Notes: generated by a model not told the origin, from the letters alone. 64,000 bases of DNA from Dehalococcoidia bacterium (GCA_965262725.1 OZ253555.1:1792001-1856000); one strand, 5' to 3'. Shown: positions 38,884 to 49,555, counted from the first letter of the stretch. Numbers and translations are program-made.

Positions 38884-41259
38884 ATGACGACCAGGACGAG
38901 CGCCGAGATCGGCGGCATGGGGCACAGCGTCCGCCGCAAGGAGGATGCCCGCTTCATCCGGGGCAGAGGCAACTATGTGGACGACGTCGTCCGGCCGGGG
39001 ATGCTCTACATGGACATCGTCCGGAGCCCCTACGCGCACGCCCGCATCACGAGCATCGACTCCGAGCGGGCGCTCCAGGTTCCCGGCGTCCTCGCCGTCA
39101 TCACCGGCGAGACGCTGAAGGAATACAACCTGCACTGGATGCCGACTCTGATGTCCGACACGCAGATGGTGCTGCCGGTGGAGAAGGTGATGTTCGCGGG
39201 GCAGGAGGTCGCCGCGGTGGTGGCGACCAGCCGCTACGCTGCGGCCGACGGCGTCGAGGCGGTGGAGGTGGAGTACGAGCGGCTGCCGGTCGTTGTGGAC
39301 CCCTTCCGGGCGCTGGAGCCGGATGCCCCCGTGCTTCGCGACGACAAGGAGGGGAAGACCGACAACCACATCTTCCACTGGGAGGTCGGGGACAAGGCCG
39401 CGACCGACCGCGCCTTCGAGGAGGCGGAGGTGACGGTCCAGCAGGATCTCTACATCCCGCGCATCCACGTGGCCTCCATCGAGACCTGCGGGTGCGTCGC
39501 CGAGTTCGACGCCGCGACCGGCCAGCTGACGGTATGGATGACCACGCAGGCCCCTCATGCGGTGCGGACCGTGTTCGCCCTGGTGGCGGGCCACGTCGGC
39601 CTCTCCGAGGAGAAGATCCGGATCATCTCGCCGGATATCGGCGGGGGTTTCGGCGGCAAGGTACCGGTCTACCCCGGCTATGTGATCGCGGTCGCCGCGG
39701 CGGTCGTCACCGGACACCCCATCAAGTGGATCGAGGACCGCATCGAGAACCTGCAGGCGGACTCCTTCGGCCGCGACTATCACATGGCGGCGGAGCTGGC
39801 CGCGACGCGCGACGGCAAGATGACGGCGCTGCGGATCAAGACCCTGGCCGATCACGGATACACCGACGCCGCTGCGAACCCCTCGAAGTTTCCGGCGGGG
39901 CTGTTCTCGATCTGCACGGGCTCGTACGACTTCGAGCAGGCCTTCGCCGAGGTGGACGGCGTCTACACGAACAAGCCCCCCGGCGGGATCGCCTACCGCT
40001 GCTCGTTCCGCGTCACCGAGGCCGTGCACGCGATCGAGCGCCTCGTCGACGTGCTGGCGAGCGAGCTGGAGATGGACCCGGCCAAGCTCCGGAAGAGGAA
40101 CTTCATCACGCCCGACGCCTTCCCCTACCAGTCGGTGCTCGGCTGGGAGTACGACAGCGGGAACTACGAGGGTGCACTCGACCTCGCGATGGAGATGATC
40201 GGCTACGACGAGCTCCGCCGGGAGCAGGCCGAGAAGCGCGCGCGCGGCGAGTTGATGGGGATCGGCATCTCGAGCTTCACCGAGATCGTGGGGGCGGGTC
40301 CCTCGAAGCACTTCGACATCCTCGGGCTGAAGATGTTCGACAGCTGCGAGATCCGCGTGCATCCGACCGGCAAGGCCACGGCCCGATTCGGCACGAAGTC
40401 GCAGGGGCAGGGCCACGAGACCACTTACGCCCAGATCATCGCGGAGGAGCTCGGCATCCCCTCGAGCGACATCGCCGTCGAGGAGGGAGACACGGACACC
40501 GCGCCCTACGGTCTCGGCACCTATGCCAGCCGCAGCACGCCCACCGCCGGGGCGGCGGGATCCGTGGCGGCGACCAGGATCCGCGAGAAGGCGCGGAAGA
40601 TCGCAGCCCATCTCCTGCGGGCGGAAGAGATCGTGGAGGATGACCTCGAGTGGGAGCCGGGGCGCTTCTTCGTAGCGAGCGATCCGTCGAAGGGCGTGAC
40701 GATTCAGGAGATCGCCCTTGCCGCCTACACGGACTTCCCGGAGGGTCTGGAGGGCGGCCTCGAGGCCGTCTCCTACTACGACCCCCCCAACCTCACCTTC
40801 CCCTTCGGCAGCTACATCTGTGTGGTCGACATCGACACCGGCACCGGCGAGATCAGCATCCGCCGCTTCGTGGCCGTGGACGACTGCGGCAACATCATCA
40901 ATCCGATGATCGTCGACGGGCAGATCCACGGCGGGCTCGCGATGGGGCTGGCGCCGGCGCTCTTCGAGGAGCTCTCCTACGACGAGAGCGGGAACCCGCT
41001 CAGCGCGAGCTTCACCGATTATCTTCTGCCGACCGCCGTGGAGACGCCGCGATGGGAGACGGGAAAGACGACGACGCCCTCTCCGCACCACCCGCTGGGT
41101 GCCAAGGGTGTGGGCGAGTCGGCCACCGTCGGGGCGCCGCCGGCGATCGCCAATGCGGTGGTGGACGCGCTCTCGCACCTGGGCGTGCGCCACATCGACA
41201 TCCCGATCACGCCGGACAAGGTGTGGGCGCTGCTCCGGGAGCACGGGGTGACCGACTAG
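38884..41259 (+). CDS. coxL: Aerobic CO dehydrogenase large subunit, form I
   Basis: Active-site motif AYRCSFR (form I signature), GGGFGGK, QGQGHET; M-S-L gene order. Confidence 0.95.
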   Translation: MTTRTSAEIGGMGHSVRRKEDARFIRGRGNYVDDVVRPGMLYMDIVRSPYAHARITSIDSERALQVPGVLAVITGETLKEYNLHWMPTLMSDTQMVLPVEKVMFAGQEVAAVVATSRYAAADGVEAVEVEYERLPVVVDPFRALEPDAPVLRDDKEGKTDNHIFHWEVGDKAATDRAFEEAEVTVQQDLYIPRIHVASIETCGCVAEFDAATGQLTVWMTTQAPHAVRTVFALVAGHVGLSEEKIRIISPDIGGGFGGKVPVYPGYVIAVAAAVVTGHPIKWIEDRIENLQADSFGRDYHMAAELAATRDGKMTALRIKTLADHGYTDAAANPSKFPAGLFSICTGSYDFEQAFAEVDGVYTNKPPGGIAYRCSFRVTEAVHAIERLVDVLASELEMDPAKLRKRNFITPDAFPYQSVLGWEYDSGNYEGALDLAMEMIGYDELRREQAEKRARGELMGIGISSFTEIVGAGPSKHFDILGLKMFDSCEIRVHPTGKATARFGTKSQGQGHETTYAQIIAEELGIPSSDIAVEEGDTDTAPYGLGTYASRSTPTAGAAGSVAATRIREKARKIAAHLLRAEEIVEDDLEWEPGRFFVASDPSKGVTIQEIALAAYTDFPEGLEGGLEAVSYYDPPNLTFPFGSYICVVDIDTGTGEISIRRFVAVDDCGNIINPMIVDGQIHGGLAMGLAPALFEELSYDESGNPLSASFTDYLLPTAVETPRWETGKTTTPSPHHPLGAKGVGESATVGAPPAIANAVVDALSHLGVRHIDIPITPDKVWALLREHGVTD

Positions 41260-41312
41260 GAGATCAAGGCGGTCCCGCCGGCGGGCGGTCGCCGCACTGT
41301 GGAGCTGGGGCG

Positions 41313-42326
41313 ATGTTGTCATCGGATGATCCGCTGGGACGGGCGGTCGAGCTGCGCGAGCGGCGGACGCCCTTCGCGCTCGCCACGGTGGTCGCCTGCC
41401 GCCGCCCGACCTCGGCATACCCGGGCGCGAAGGCGATCATCGAGGCCGGGGGTGCGTTCAGCGGCTGGGTGGGCGGGAGCTGCGCGCAGCCGCTCGTGCT
41501 GCGCGAGGCGCTGGCGGCAATCGAGGACGGCCGTCCCCGCCTGCTGCGGATCAGCCCCGATCCCCCTTCCCCCGACGGAGTGGAGGAGGGAGTGATCCAA
41601 CTCGCGATGCCGTGCCAGAGCCAGGGATCACTCGAGATCTACGTCGAGCCGTTTCTGCCGCGCCCGGAACTCGTGGTGATCGGGGAGACGCCGCTGGCCC
41701 AGGCCCTGGCCCGGGCAGGCACCCTGATCGGGTTCGACGTCGTCGTCAGCGATCCGGACGCCACGGCGGAGCGGTTCCCCGATGCCGCCGTGATCGAAGC
41801 CGATCTGGAGGCGGCCGCGCGGAGGATGGGAGCCGGAAGCTACGTCGTGGTCGCGACGCAGGGGCAGTACGACGAAGATGCGGTCTCCGCGGCTCTGCGT
41901 TCCGAGGCCGACTACGTGGGTCTCGTCGCGAGCTCGAAGCGGGCCGCCTCCGTCCTCCAGTACCTGCGGGACAGCGGCTTCAGCCCCGGCGAGCTGGAGC
42001 CGCTCATGTGCCCGGCCGGACTCGATCTCGGCGCCGTGACGCCCGAGGAGATTGCACTCAGCATCGCCGCCGAGATCCTGCAGGTGAGGCGAGGCGGTCA
42101 GGACGGGCATTTGCGGGCATCCTCGGAGCCCGCCTCCGCGGAGGGCGGGGTCTCCGAGGCGCTGGATCCCGTCTGCGGGATGGTGGTCGGCGTCGCGTCG
42201 GCGCGCTACGTGTCCGAGCACGAGGGTCGGCCGGTCTACTTCTGCGCCGCCGGGTGCCGCGAGCGCTTCGTGCAGGAGCCCGAGCGCTATCTCCCTCTCC
42301 TCTCCTCGCTCCCGGGCCGGCCGTGA
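41313..42326 (+). CDS. XdhC/CoxF family maturation protein with C-terminal YHS/TRASH domain
   Basis: GWVGGSC, MPCQSQG, CPAGLDLGAVTPEEIALSI, then DPVCGM..YFCAAGC..F..EPERY. Confidence 0.85.
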   Translation: MLSSDDPLGRAVELRERRTPFALATVVACRRPTSAYPGAKAIIEAGGAFSGWVGGSCAQPLVLREALAAIEDGRPRLLRISPDPPSPDGVEEGVIQLAMPCQSQGSLEIYVEPFLPRPELVVIGETPLAQALARAGTLIGFDVVVSDPDATAERFPDAAVIEADLEAAARRMGAGSYVVVATQGQYDEDAVSAALRSEADYVGLVASSKRAASVLQYLRDSGFSPGELEPLMCPAGLDLGAVTPEEIALSIAAEILQVRRGGQDGHLRASSEPASAEGGVSEALDPVCGMVVGVASARYVSEHEGRPVYFCAAGCRERFVQEPERYLPLLSSLPGRP

Positions 42327-42366
42327 ACGACGGGGGCGTCGGCTCCTGCAACAGCGGCGGCTCCCG

Positions 42367-42981
42367 GTGACGGCGCCCGTCTGCGGGCTCGTCCTCGCTG
42401 CGGGCACATCGAGTCGCCTCGGACAGCCGAAGCAGCTGCTCCCCTACCGGGGCACGATCCTGCTCGACTGGGTCGTGCGCACCGCCGAGGCCGCGGCGAG
42501 CCTCGATCGGGTGACGGTGGTGCTGGGTGGCGCCGCCCGCGAGGTCCGCGAGCGGCTGACGCCCGGGCGGGCTCGGATCGTGGAGAACCCGGACTTCGGC
42601 GAGGGGTGCTCGTCGTCGTACCAGGCGGGGATCGCCTCGCTCGACGCTTCGACGGCCGCCGTGGTGGTCGTGCTCGGTGACCAGCCCGGCGTCGAGGTCG
42701 AGAGCATCGACCTGCTCGTCTCCGAGTGGCGTCGCGTCGGAGCGAGGATCATGGCTACCTCGTACCGGGGCGAGCGCGGTCATCCGCTGCTCTTCTCCCG
42801 CGAGCTGTTCGGCGAACTGAACGGGCTCCACGGTGACAAGGCCGCCTGGAAGGTCCTCGATCGCAACCCCGGCCGGGTTCACGATGTCCCGGTGGACCGG
42901 CAGCTCCCGCGCGACGTCGATACCTGGCGTGACTACGAGGCGGTCGCAGCGGAGCGGGGCCCGCGCCCTGCCGGCCGCTGA
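42367..42981 (+). CDS. mocA: Molybdenum cofactor cytidylyltransferase-like nucleotidyltransferase
   Basis: LAAGTSSRLGQPKQLL, LGDQP, GHPLLF, DVDT. Confidence 0.8.
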   Translation: MTAPVCGLVLAAGTSSRLGQPKQLLPYRGTILLDWVVRTAEAAASLDRVTVVLGGAAREVRERLTPGRARIVENPDFGEGCSSSYQAGIASLDASTAAVVVVLGDQPGVEVESIDLLVSEWRRVGARIMATSYRGERGHPLLFSRELFGELNGLHGDKAAWKVLDRNPGRVHDVPVDRQLPRDVDTWRDYEAVAAERGPRPAGR

Positions 42982-43005
42982 CGGCCCTCGTCCCGGAGAG
43001 AGGTC

Positions 43006-44154
43006 ATGCGGGACGTTCTGGCCGACCTCGAGCGCTGGCAGCGGCAGTCCGAGCAAATCGCCATGGCCACCCTCGTCGATGTCCGTGGCTCGGCGCCGCG
43101 GCTCCCGGGCGCGCGGTTCTGTGTGACCGGGGGCGGTGAGGTCAGCGGCTCGGTCAGCGGCGGGTGCATCGAGGCGGATCTCTTCGAGCACGCGATGGGA
43201 GTCCTGGAGAGCGACCGGCCGGCGCTCGTCCAGTACGGGATCTCCGACGAGCTCGCCTTCGAGGTCGGCCTCAGCTGCGGGGGCGAGATCGAGGTGCTGG
43301 TCGAGCCGTTCCGCCCGGACGCCGCCTGGGAGGGGCTTCGCGGCGCGCTGCTCGGCCAGCGGTCGGCGGCTCTCGCCGTCGGCCTCGAACCGGAGGCGCT
43401 GACCGGGCGCAGGATGGTCGTGTTCGAGGACGGAGCGCTAGCCGGAGGCATCGGCGACGAGCTCGACGGCGCGATCGCCGGCGAGGCCCGCAGCCTCCTG
43501 CTCACGGGCGGGACGCGCAGGCTCGGGCTCGCGGGGCCCCCTGGTGACTGCGTCGTGTTCCTGGAGGCCTTTCGGCCTCCCGCTCACCTGTTCCTGCTCG
43601 GGGCCGCTTTCGTCGCCCCTCCTCTCGCCCGGATGGCGAGCGAGGCGGGCTTCCGCGTCACGGTCATCGATCCGCGGGCCGCGTTCGCGACGAGGGAGCG
43701 GTTCCCGAGCGCGGACGATGTCGTGGTGGGCTGGCCCGACGAGGTTCTGAAGCGGGCCGCACTCGGCACCCACTCCTACGTCGTGATGTTGCTCCACGAC
43801 GCGAAGTTCGATGTGCCGGCGCTGCTCCCCGTCCTCGCGTCGGACGCTCGATACGTCGGGGTCCTGGGAAGCCGCCGAACCCACGAGCGGCGCCTCGACC
43901 AGCTCCGGGAGCGCGGATGCAGCGAGACGGCGCTCGCCCGGCTGCGGGCCCCGATCGGCCTCGACCTCGGCGGAAGGGAGCCCGCGGAGATCGCGGTCTC
44001 GATCCTCGCGGAGATGCTCGCCGTCAGATACGGCCGGGAGACGGGGCGGCCGGCGCTCACCTCCGGCGCGACGGATCCCAGCGGCGAGGCTCAGGCGGAG
44101 ATGAACGCCTCGAGCAAGGGCGCGACATCGGCGGGGCTCCCCTTGGGCATGTAG
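43006..44154 (+). CDS. XdhC/CoxI family protein
   Basis: GSAPR, GSVSGGCIE, VGLSCGG, HDAKFD, APIGLDLG. Confidence 0.85.
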   Translation: MRDVLADLERWQRQSEQIAMATLVDVRGSAPRLPGARFCVTGGGEVSGSVSGGCIEADLFEHAMGVLESDRPALVQYGISDELAFEVGLSCGGEIEVLVEPFRPDAAWEGLRGALLGQRSAALAVGLEPEALTGRRMVVFEDGALAGGIGDELDGAIAGEARSLLLTGGTRRLGLAGPPGDCVVFLEAFRPPAHLFLLGAAFVAPPLARMASEAGFRVTVIDPRAAFATRERFPSADDVVVGWPDEVLKRAALGTHSYVVMLLHDAKFDVPALLPVLASDARYVGVLGSRRTHERRLDQLRERGCSETALARLRAPIGLDLGGREPAEIAVSILAEMLAVRYGRETGRPALTSGATDPSGEAQAEMNASSKGATSAGLPLGM

Positions 44155-45089
44155 ATGATCTGCAGGTCGGCGCCGTTGTTGGCGCGCTGCCGCAGCCGCT
44201 CCTGCACCTCCGGCATCGTTCCCACCACCTCGTTCTCCCGGACCATGCGGTCGCTGATGCCGACCATCGCCTTCTCGCGGTCGTGGGACTCCGCCCACTC
44301 CGCCTGCACTGCGCGGACCTCCTCCCCCCAGCCGATCCGGCTCAGCATCTCGTGGTAGAAATTCCACATGCGGTTGATGTAGTTCTCGATCCGCGCCCTC
44401 GCCTCGTACATCGTCTGCTCGTCGTTGACGCCGTCCAGCAGGTAGATCGGTGTGTGCGGGGCGATCGTGATCTCGGAGACATCCCGTCCCGCCGTCGCGG
44501 CGCCCGTGCGCAGGTAGTCGCGGAGGTCTCCCATCTGGGCCGTCGGCCAGTGCACCGGCATGATGCCGTCCGCGATCTCGCCGGACTGCACGAGTGACTT
44601 CGGCGTGATCGCGCCGATCCAGACGGGGACGTCGTCGCGCGGCCGGTCGTACTTGATGCTGAAGCCGCGATCGAGCGTGAAGATCTCTCCGTGGTAGTGC
44701 AGCCGCTCGCCACGGATCAGGATCTTGAAGATCTCGGTGTACTCGCGGAGGCGCCTGAGCGGCCGCCGGAACGGCACGCCGTGCATCTGCTCGACGACCA
44801 GCTGGCTCGAGACGCCGATGCCCAGCATCATGCGGCCCCCCGAGATCAGCTCGAGGGTCGCGTACTCCTCGGCGAGGACGGCGGGCGAGCGCGAGAAGAC
44901 GTTGACGATCGTCGTGCCGATCTGGATCCGCGAGGTGTTCTGCGCAATCACGGCGAGCCATGGGATCGCCGAGAGCTGCCATGCCTCCGGCACCGCCACC
45001 AGCTCGTAGCCGAGATCCTCCGCGATACGGATCTTCTCGATCGTCGAGCGCCAGTCGCTCCCGAACCCCGTCATCAGCCCCAGTCGCAT
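44091..45089 (-). CDS. LLM class flavin-dependent oxidoreductase
   Basis: VPEAW, IGTTIVNVFSRSPA, ISGGR..LGIG, VPVWIGA, GEIADG. Confidence 0.88.
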   Translation of the reverse strand: MRLGLMTGFGSDWRSTIEKIRIAEDLGYELVAVPEAWQLSAIPWLAVIAQNTSRIQIGTTIVNVFSRSPAVLAEEYATLELISGGRMMLGIGVSSQLVVEQMHGVPFRRPLRRLREYTEIFKILIRGERLHYHGEIFTLDRGFSIKYDRPRDDVPVWIGAITPKSLVQSGEIADGIMPVHWPTAQMGDLRDYLRTGAATAGRDVSEITIAPHTPIYLLDGVNDEQTMYEARARIENYINRMWNFYHEMLSRIGWGEEVRAVQAEWAESHDREKAMVGISDRMVRENEVVGTMPEVQERLRQRANNGADLQIIYMPKGSPADVAPLLEAFISA

Positions 45090-45413
45090 CTTGGTTCCTC
45101 CGCCCGAGCGCCGGTGGGTGACTCCGATCCCGACGCCGCATCGCGGCCGGGTCGGCCGACGAGTGGCAGCTTACCGATCCGGCACGGGTCGTGGTCGCGC
45201 TCGCGGCGATGGGCGTCCGGATCGCCTCAACGCGCGTGACCTGAACTCGGGAGCCGTCCGCGAGATGAGGCGGGCGGTGAGCGGGCGCGAGGGCGGTCGC
45301 CGGGGAGCGGGCACGGTGGGCGGACGCGACCCGGTGTCCGTGACCGCCCGGGGACGAAGGCAGGGAGTACTCTCCCGGTAGCGACGAGGCGGTTGGTCGA
45401 GGAGGCGGGACCC

Positions 45414-46421
45414 ATGCGGCTTGGAGTGCGCGTGCTCAGGGGCCCCGACTGGCGTACGTCGGTGGAGAAGGTTCGGGTCGCCGAGCAGCTTGGCTACGAG
45501 ATGGTGGTGGCGACCGATCCCGGGATCATTCCCTGGCTGACCATCCTTGCAACGCACACCGAGCGGATCCTGCTCGGCTCATCGATCGTCAACGTCTACC
45601 CCCGCAGCCCGGCACTCCTCGCCCAGGACTTTGCGGCCCTCGACGAGATCAGCGGCGGCCGCGCCGTGCTCGGCATCGGCGTCTCCAGCCCCCAGCTCAA
45701 CGAGCAGTACCACGGTGTCCGCTTCGAGCGGCCGCTCAGGCGGCTCCGCGAGTACGTCGAGATCGTGAACCTGCTCTTCTCCGGACAAGAGCTGGTCTAC
45801 GAGGGGGAGATCTTCCGCATGGACGATCGATTTCGGCTGACTCGCTCCGCGAACCCTCCCAGGGATCACGTCCCGATCTGGATCGGGGCGGTCTCGCCCG
45901 CCTCGATCCGCCAGACCGGCGAGGTAGCCGACGGCATCATCCCCGTCTACTGGCCACGGGAGCACTTCGGGACGCTTCGGGACGAGCTGGAGGAGGGGGC
46001 GAGCGGCGCCGGTCGCGCCGGCTTCCCGTTCACCATGGCGCCGCAGACGCACGTCTATGTGCTCAACGGTCGCCGCGACGAGGAGCTCTGGCGGGCGGCG
46101 CGCAGGCCGATCTGGCAGTACATCAATCGGATGGGGCCGTTCTACTGGCCCATGCTCGCCCGCCTCGGCTTCGAGGCGGAGGTGGAAGCCTCCCGCGCCG
46201 CGTGGGCTCGACGGGACCGGGAGGGATCGGTCGCCGCCATCAGTGAACGTATGGTGCGTTCGATCCACGTGATCGGGCCCATCGAATCCGTTCGGGAGCA
46301 GCTCCAGGAGCGCTCCCGGCTCGGGGCGGATCTGCAGCTCCTCTATACGCCGGAGATCGGGGAGCCCGACTACGACGACCCGGTCGCTATCGGTCGCCAG
46401 CTCGAGTCCTATCTCTCGTAG
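45414..46421 (+). CDS. LLM class flavin-dependent oxidoreductase (paralog of the divergent neighbour)
   Basis: LGSSIVNVYPRSPA, ISGGRAVLGIG, VPIWIGA, GEVADG; ATG after GGAGG. Confidence 0.88.
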   Translation: MRLGVRVLRGPDWRTSVEKVRVAEQLGYEMVVATDPGIIPWLTILATHTERILLGSSIVNVYPRSPALLAQDFAALDEISGGRAVLGIGVSSPQLNEQYHGVRFERPLRRLREYVEIVNLLFSGQELVYEGEIFRMDDRFRLTRSANPPRDHVPIWIGAVSPASIRQTGEVADGIIPVYWPREHFGTLRDELEEGASGAGRAGFPFTMAPQTHVYVLNGRRDEELWRAARRPIWQYINRMGPFYWPMLARLGFEAEVEASRAAWARRDREGSVAAISERMVRSIHVIGPIESVREQLQERSRLGADLQLLYTPEIGEPDYDDPVAIGRQLESYLS

Positions 46422-46528
46422 CGCGCAACGCGCCGCCGGCCGAGCCGGGTGGACCGGACGCCGGCCCGATCATGGGGAGGCACGCGTGACGCGCGGGGTT
46501 CCCGGCGCGTCCACCCGGCGGGAACGAC

Positions 46529-48307
46529 CTACCTCGGCGGAAGCCGGTCCTGCGCCTCCCACACACGGTCGAGGATCGGGCGGCCCTCGCCGGCCGGATC
46601 CACGAGCTCGGGCCGGTACGGCCAGCGGAGCGTGCTGTTGTGGGCGCGGATCACGACGGGGCGAATGCGGTAGCCGATCAACCGCTCGGCGGTGAATCCC
46701 AGCTCGAGGAGTATCCCGTGCGTCGTCTCGGCGGGGTCGTACTGGTCGAAGATGAAGTTGCCCAGGGCGTAGGCGACGAGTGCACCGTCAAAATGCTCGA
46801 CCGCCTGCACCCAGTGTGGATGGTTGCCGAAGAGAAGAGTCGCCCCCGCCCCGACCGCGATCCCGCCGAGCTCGAGCTGGGAGGCAATCGGTTCGGACGT
46901 CTCCTCCACGCCCCAGCTCGTCCCGACGACGACGTGATCCGCGATGTCCAGCGCCGCGCTCACGTCCTCGCGGAGGCTCGCGGCGTCGAGCGGGGCCGTA
47001 CCCGGGAAATGGTCCGTCGCCGCGTACCAGGACGCTATCGTGTCGTAGCCGAGGAAGGCGAAGCGCACGGGTCCCTGCGCGGTGTCGACGCTCAGCACGG
47101 CTGGCGCACGGGCGGAAGCCAGGTCCGGGCCGGCGCCGGCGGTCGCGATGCCCGCCTCGTGCAGTCGCCCCAGCGTGTCGAGCAGTGCATCGGCCCCGGG
47201 GCACTCCTCCCAGCAGTCCAGCATGTGGTTGCCGTTCGTCAGGACCACGTCCAGGCCCGCGTCCGACAGCGCGGGAACGGCCCGGGCGCTGCCCTGCAGC
47301 ACGAACGTTTCGACGCAGGGCGTCGCCTCCCCGAGATCCGTCAGCGGCGCATCGAGCGACGAAACGGCGATGTCCGCGGCCAGGGTCACGTCGCGCACGC
47401 CATCGAACATCGCTCCGTAGTCATCGAGGATGGCGAGCACGAAGTTGGTGCAGCGCACCGGGAGCAACTCGCCCGTAACCAGCATGCCCACGGGGTCGAA
47501 CGGTGTCGGCAGCTCACCCTCGGCGACGGTGAGTTCGCCGGCATCTGCCGCGGGAGCCCCGATCCAGCGCACGAGGCGCAGCGGCGACTTCCACGCTGCG
47601 TCGCGGTACGGGTCGTGACCGCCGACGGTGAGTGCCAGCACACCGATGTCCAGCCGCTCGGGTTCGACCAGCGCGAACGCGCCCGGCGTCGACGCGACAC
47701 GCTCCGTGATCTCACCATCCGGCAGCAGGTCCGCCTCCCACTCGGCGGTCGGGAGGCCGAGGGCATCCCCGATCGCTGGCGCCTGCGAAGCGGGAAGGTA
47801 GACCGTGATCGGCTGCGGGCTACCACCGAAGTCGGACCAGTCGCGGGCGTCGCCCCGCACGATGCGCACGACGTCGCCGTAACCGAGATCCAGGACATCG
47901 CGCCGCTGATCCGTGATCGCCGCCCAGCGCCAGAGCACGACCCGCCGAAAGCCGGGCAGCGGCCTCTCCGACACCACGTATCGCGCCTCGGTGTCGCCTT
48001 CATCACCGGACGTGTCGGACGCGGGGTCCTCGGGGGGCACGGGAGTCACGGGCGCGGGGGTGGCGGTCGGGGTGTGCGAGGGGGCTGCGGTGGCGGTGGG
48101 TGGTGGCGGGGTGGCGGGGTCGCTTCCCGTGCACGCCGCTGCGGCGACCAGTAGCAACGTGGCCGCGGCGAGCGCCAGCGGAATCCTCGGCCTGCGAGCG
48201 CCGTGGAGCGGCGGCAGGGAGCGCCTTCGGCGGCGCCGGGCGACCCGCTGGCCGGGCGTGCGTGCGGGCAGCGGCGTCCGGCGGCGGCCTCGCCGGGAGC
48301 CGGTCAC
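46529..48307 (-). CDS. CapA/PGA_cap family metallophosphoesterase-like lipoprotein (start uncertain)
   Basis: Lipobox AAAC, Pro/Thr linker, NGNHMLD, SWGVE, GNHPHWVQ, YALGNFIFDQ. Confidence 0.8.
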   Translation of the reverse strand: MTGSRRGRRRTPLPARTPGQRVARRRRRRSLPPLHGARRPRIPLALAAATLLLVAAAACTGSDPATPPPPTATAAPSHTPTATPAPVTPVPPEDPASDTSGDEGDTEARYVVSERPLPGFRRVVLWRWAAITDQRRDVLDLGYGDVVRIVRGDARDWSDFGGSPQPITVYLPASQAPAIGDALGLPTAEWEADLLPDGEITERVASTPGAFALVEPERLDIGVLALTVGGHDPYRDAAWKSPLRLVRWIGAPAADAGELTVAEGELPTPFDPVGMLVTGELLPVRCTNFVLAILDDYGAMFDGVRDVTLAADIAVSSLDAPLTDLGEATPCVETFVLQGSARAVPALSDAGLDVVLTNGNHMLDCWEECPGADALLDTLGRLHEAGIATAGAGPDLASARAPAVLSVDTAQGPVRFAFLGYDTIASWYAATDHFPGTAPLDAASLREDVSAALDIADHVVVGTSWGVEETSEPIASQLELGGIAVGAGATLLFGNHPHWVQAVEHFDGALVAYALGNFIFDQYDPAETTHGILLELGFTAERLIGYRIRPVVIRAHNSTLRWPYRPELVDPAGEGRPILDRVWEAQDRLPPR

Positions 48308-48492
48308 CGTGCGGCCAGCCGAACGCGCCGGCCGCGGGTACTCAGCGCGGATCCGGAGCGGCAGTGCTCACGTCCGTCGAGAACACGGCGGACCAGCGCG
48401 TCCCGGACTCAGCTGCGCCCCCGGCGGTGGCCCCGTCGATACGCGGTCGCCCTTCACGCTCTCTCCAGCTCCCCTCCCGGCGGCGCCGGGGA

Positions 48493-49555
48493 CTAGGGTG
48501 CGCGCTCCATCTCGGTCACCATGAAGTCCCGCACGAGGGGGAAGACGGGACGGCGCCAGTCCGTGGCCCAGTCTCCGCCGCGCACGCGGATCAGGAAGGC
48601 GAAGACGTAGCCCTCGCTCAAGCCGTCGCCGGGGCGGGCGTAGCCGGCGGAGACGCGGTAGCCCGTTGGAAACGGCGAGGTCCAGTAGCCCGCCTTCTGA
48701 CCGTAGGTGTAGCCCTCCACGCCGAAGTCGGGAGGGAACGGCCAGAAGTCGTCGCCCAGGTCGGGCCTCGTCGCCAGGTCGAGCAGGTAGACCGTTCGCT
48801 CCACGTCCAGCTGCTCGCCCCGCACCAGCGAGGCCCAGACTCGAGCCATGTCGGGGGCCGTCATGTGCGCGTACCGCCAGCTGTGTTCGAACTCCGAGGC
48901 GTCCGACACGCCGGCTCGCTCGAGTACGTCGGCGATCTGCTCGGACGTCACGAGCTCATTGACGAGGTCGGAAGCCCAGTCGAGCGACTGTGCGAGCACG
49001 ACCTCGACGTGTGGCTGGATCGCCTCGAACTCGAGCAACCCCTCCTGCACCGCGCGCAGGGCCGTGATCATGATCACGATCTTGCCCGCCGAGGCCGGGT
49101 ACTGGCCGTGCTCGGGCTGTACGGCGATGGTGGCTTCGCAGTCGAGGTCGACGAGCGCCAGGCCCCAGCCCCCGGTGAGACCGTCCATCGTCTCCTCGAC
49201 GGCCTCTCGCAGCGCGACGCCGCGCTCCTCGAGCCCCGTGCAACGCGCCGTTCGCGGGTCGGGGGTGGGCGTGGGAGGGGGCGTGGGGGGTCGGTGTCGG
49301 CCTGGCGGTGGGGGACGGCTCAGGCGCGGGGGGAGGCGTCACGGACGGTGTGGAGGTCGCGGTGGGGAGCACGGCGCGTGCCGGCGCCACGGTGACCCCG
49401 ACCGCGGACCCGGCGGCGCTCGAGGGCTCGCCGTCCGGGCTCCCGCCGCTGCATGCCAGCATGACCGAGATGGCTACGGCCGCTGCGATGGCGACCACGG
49501 CCCTGCTGCCGCCGATCACCGGCGGCAGCGGACGGTTTCGGGCGCCTCCGCTCAT
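48493..49555 (-). pseudogene. Class A beta-lactamase-like serine hydrolase lipoprotein, split by a 1-nt frameshift
   Basis: Signal peptide/lipobox (MLAC) and Pro/Thr linker in one frame; SAGK (SxxK) and QKAG in another. Removing one base from the G6 run at 49285-49290 fuses them. Confidence 0.7.
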
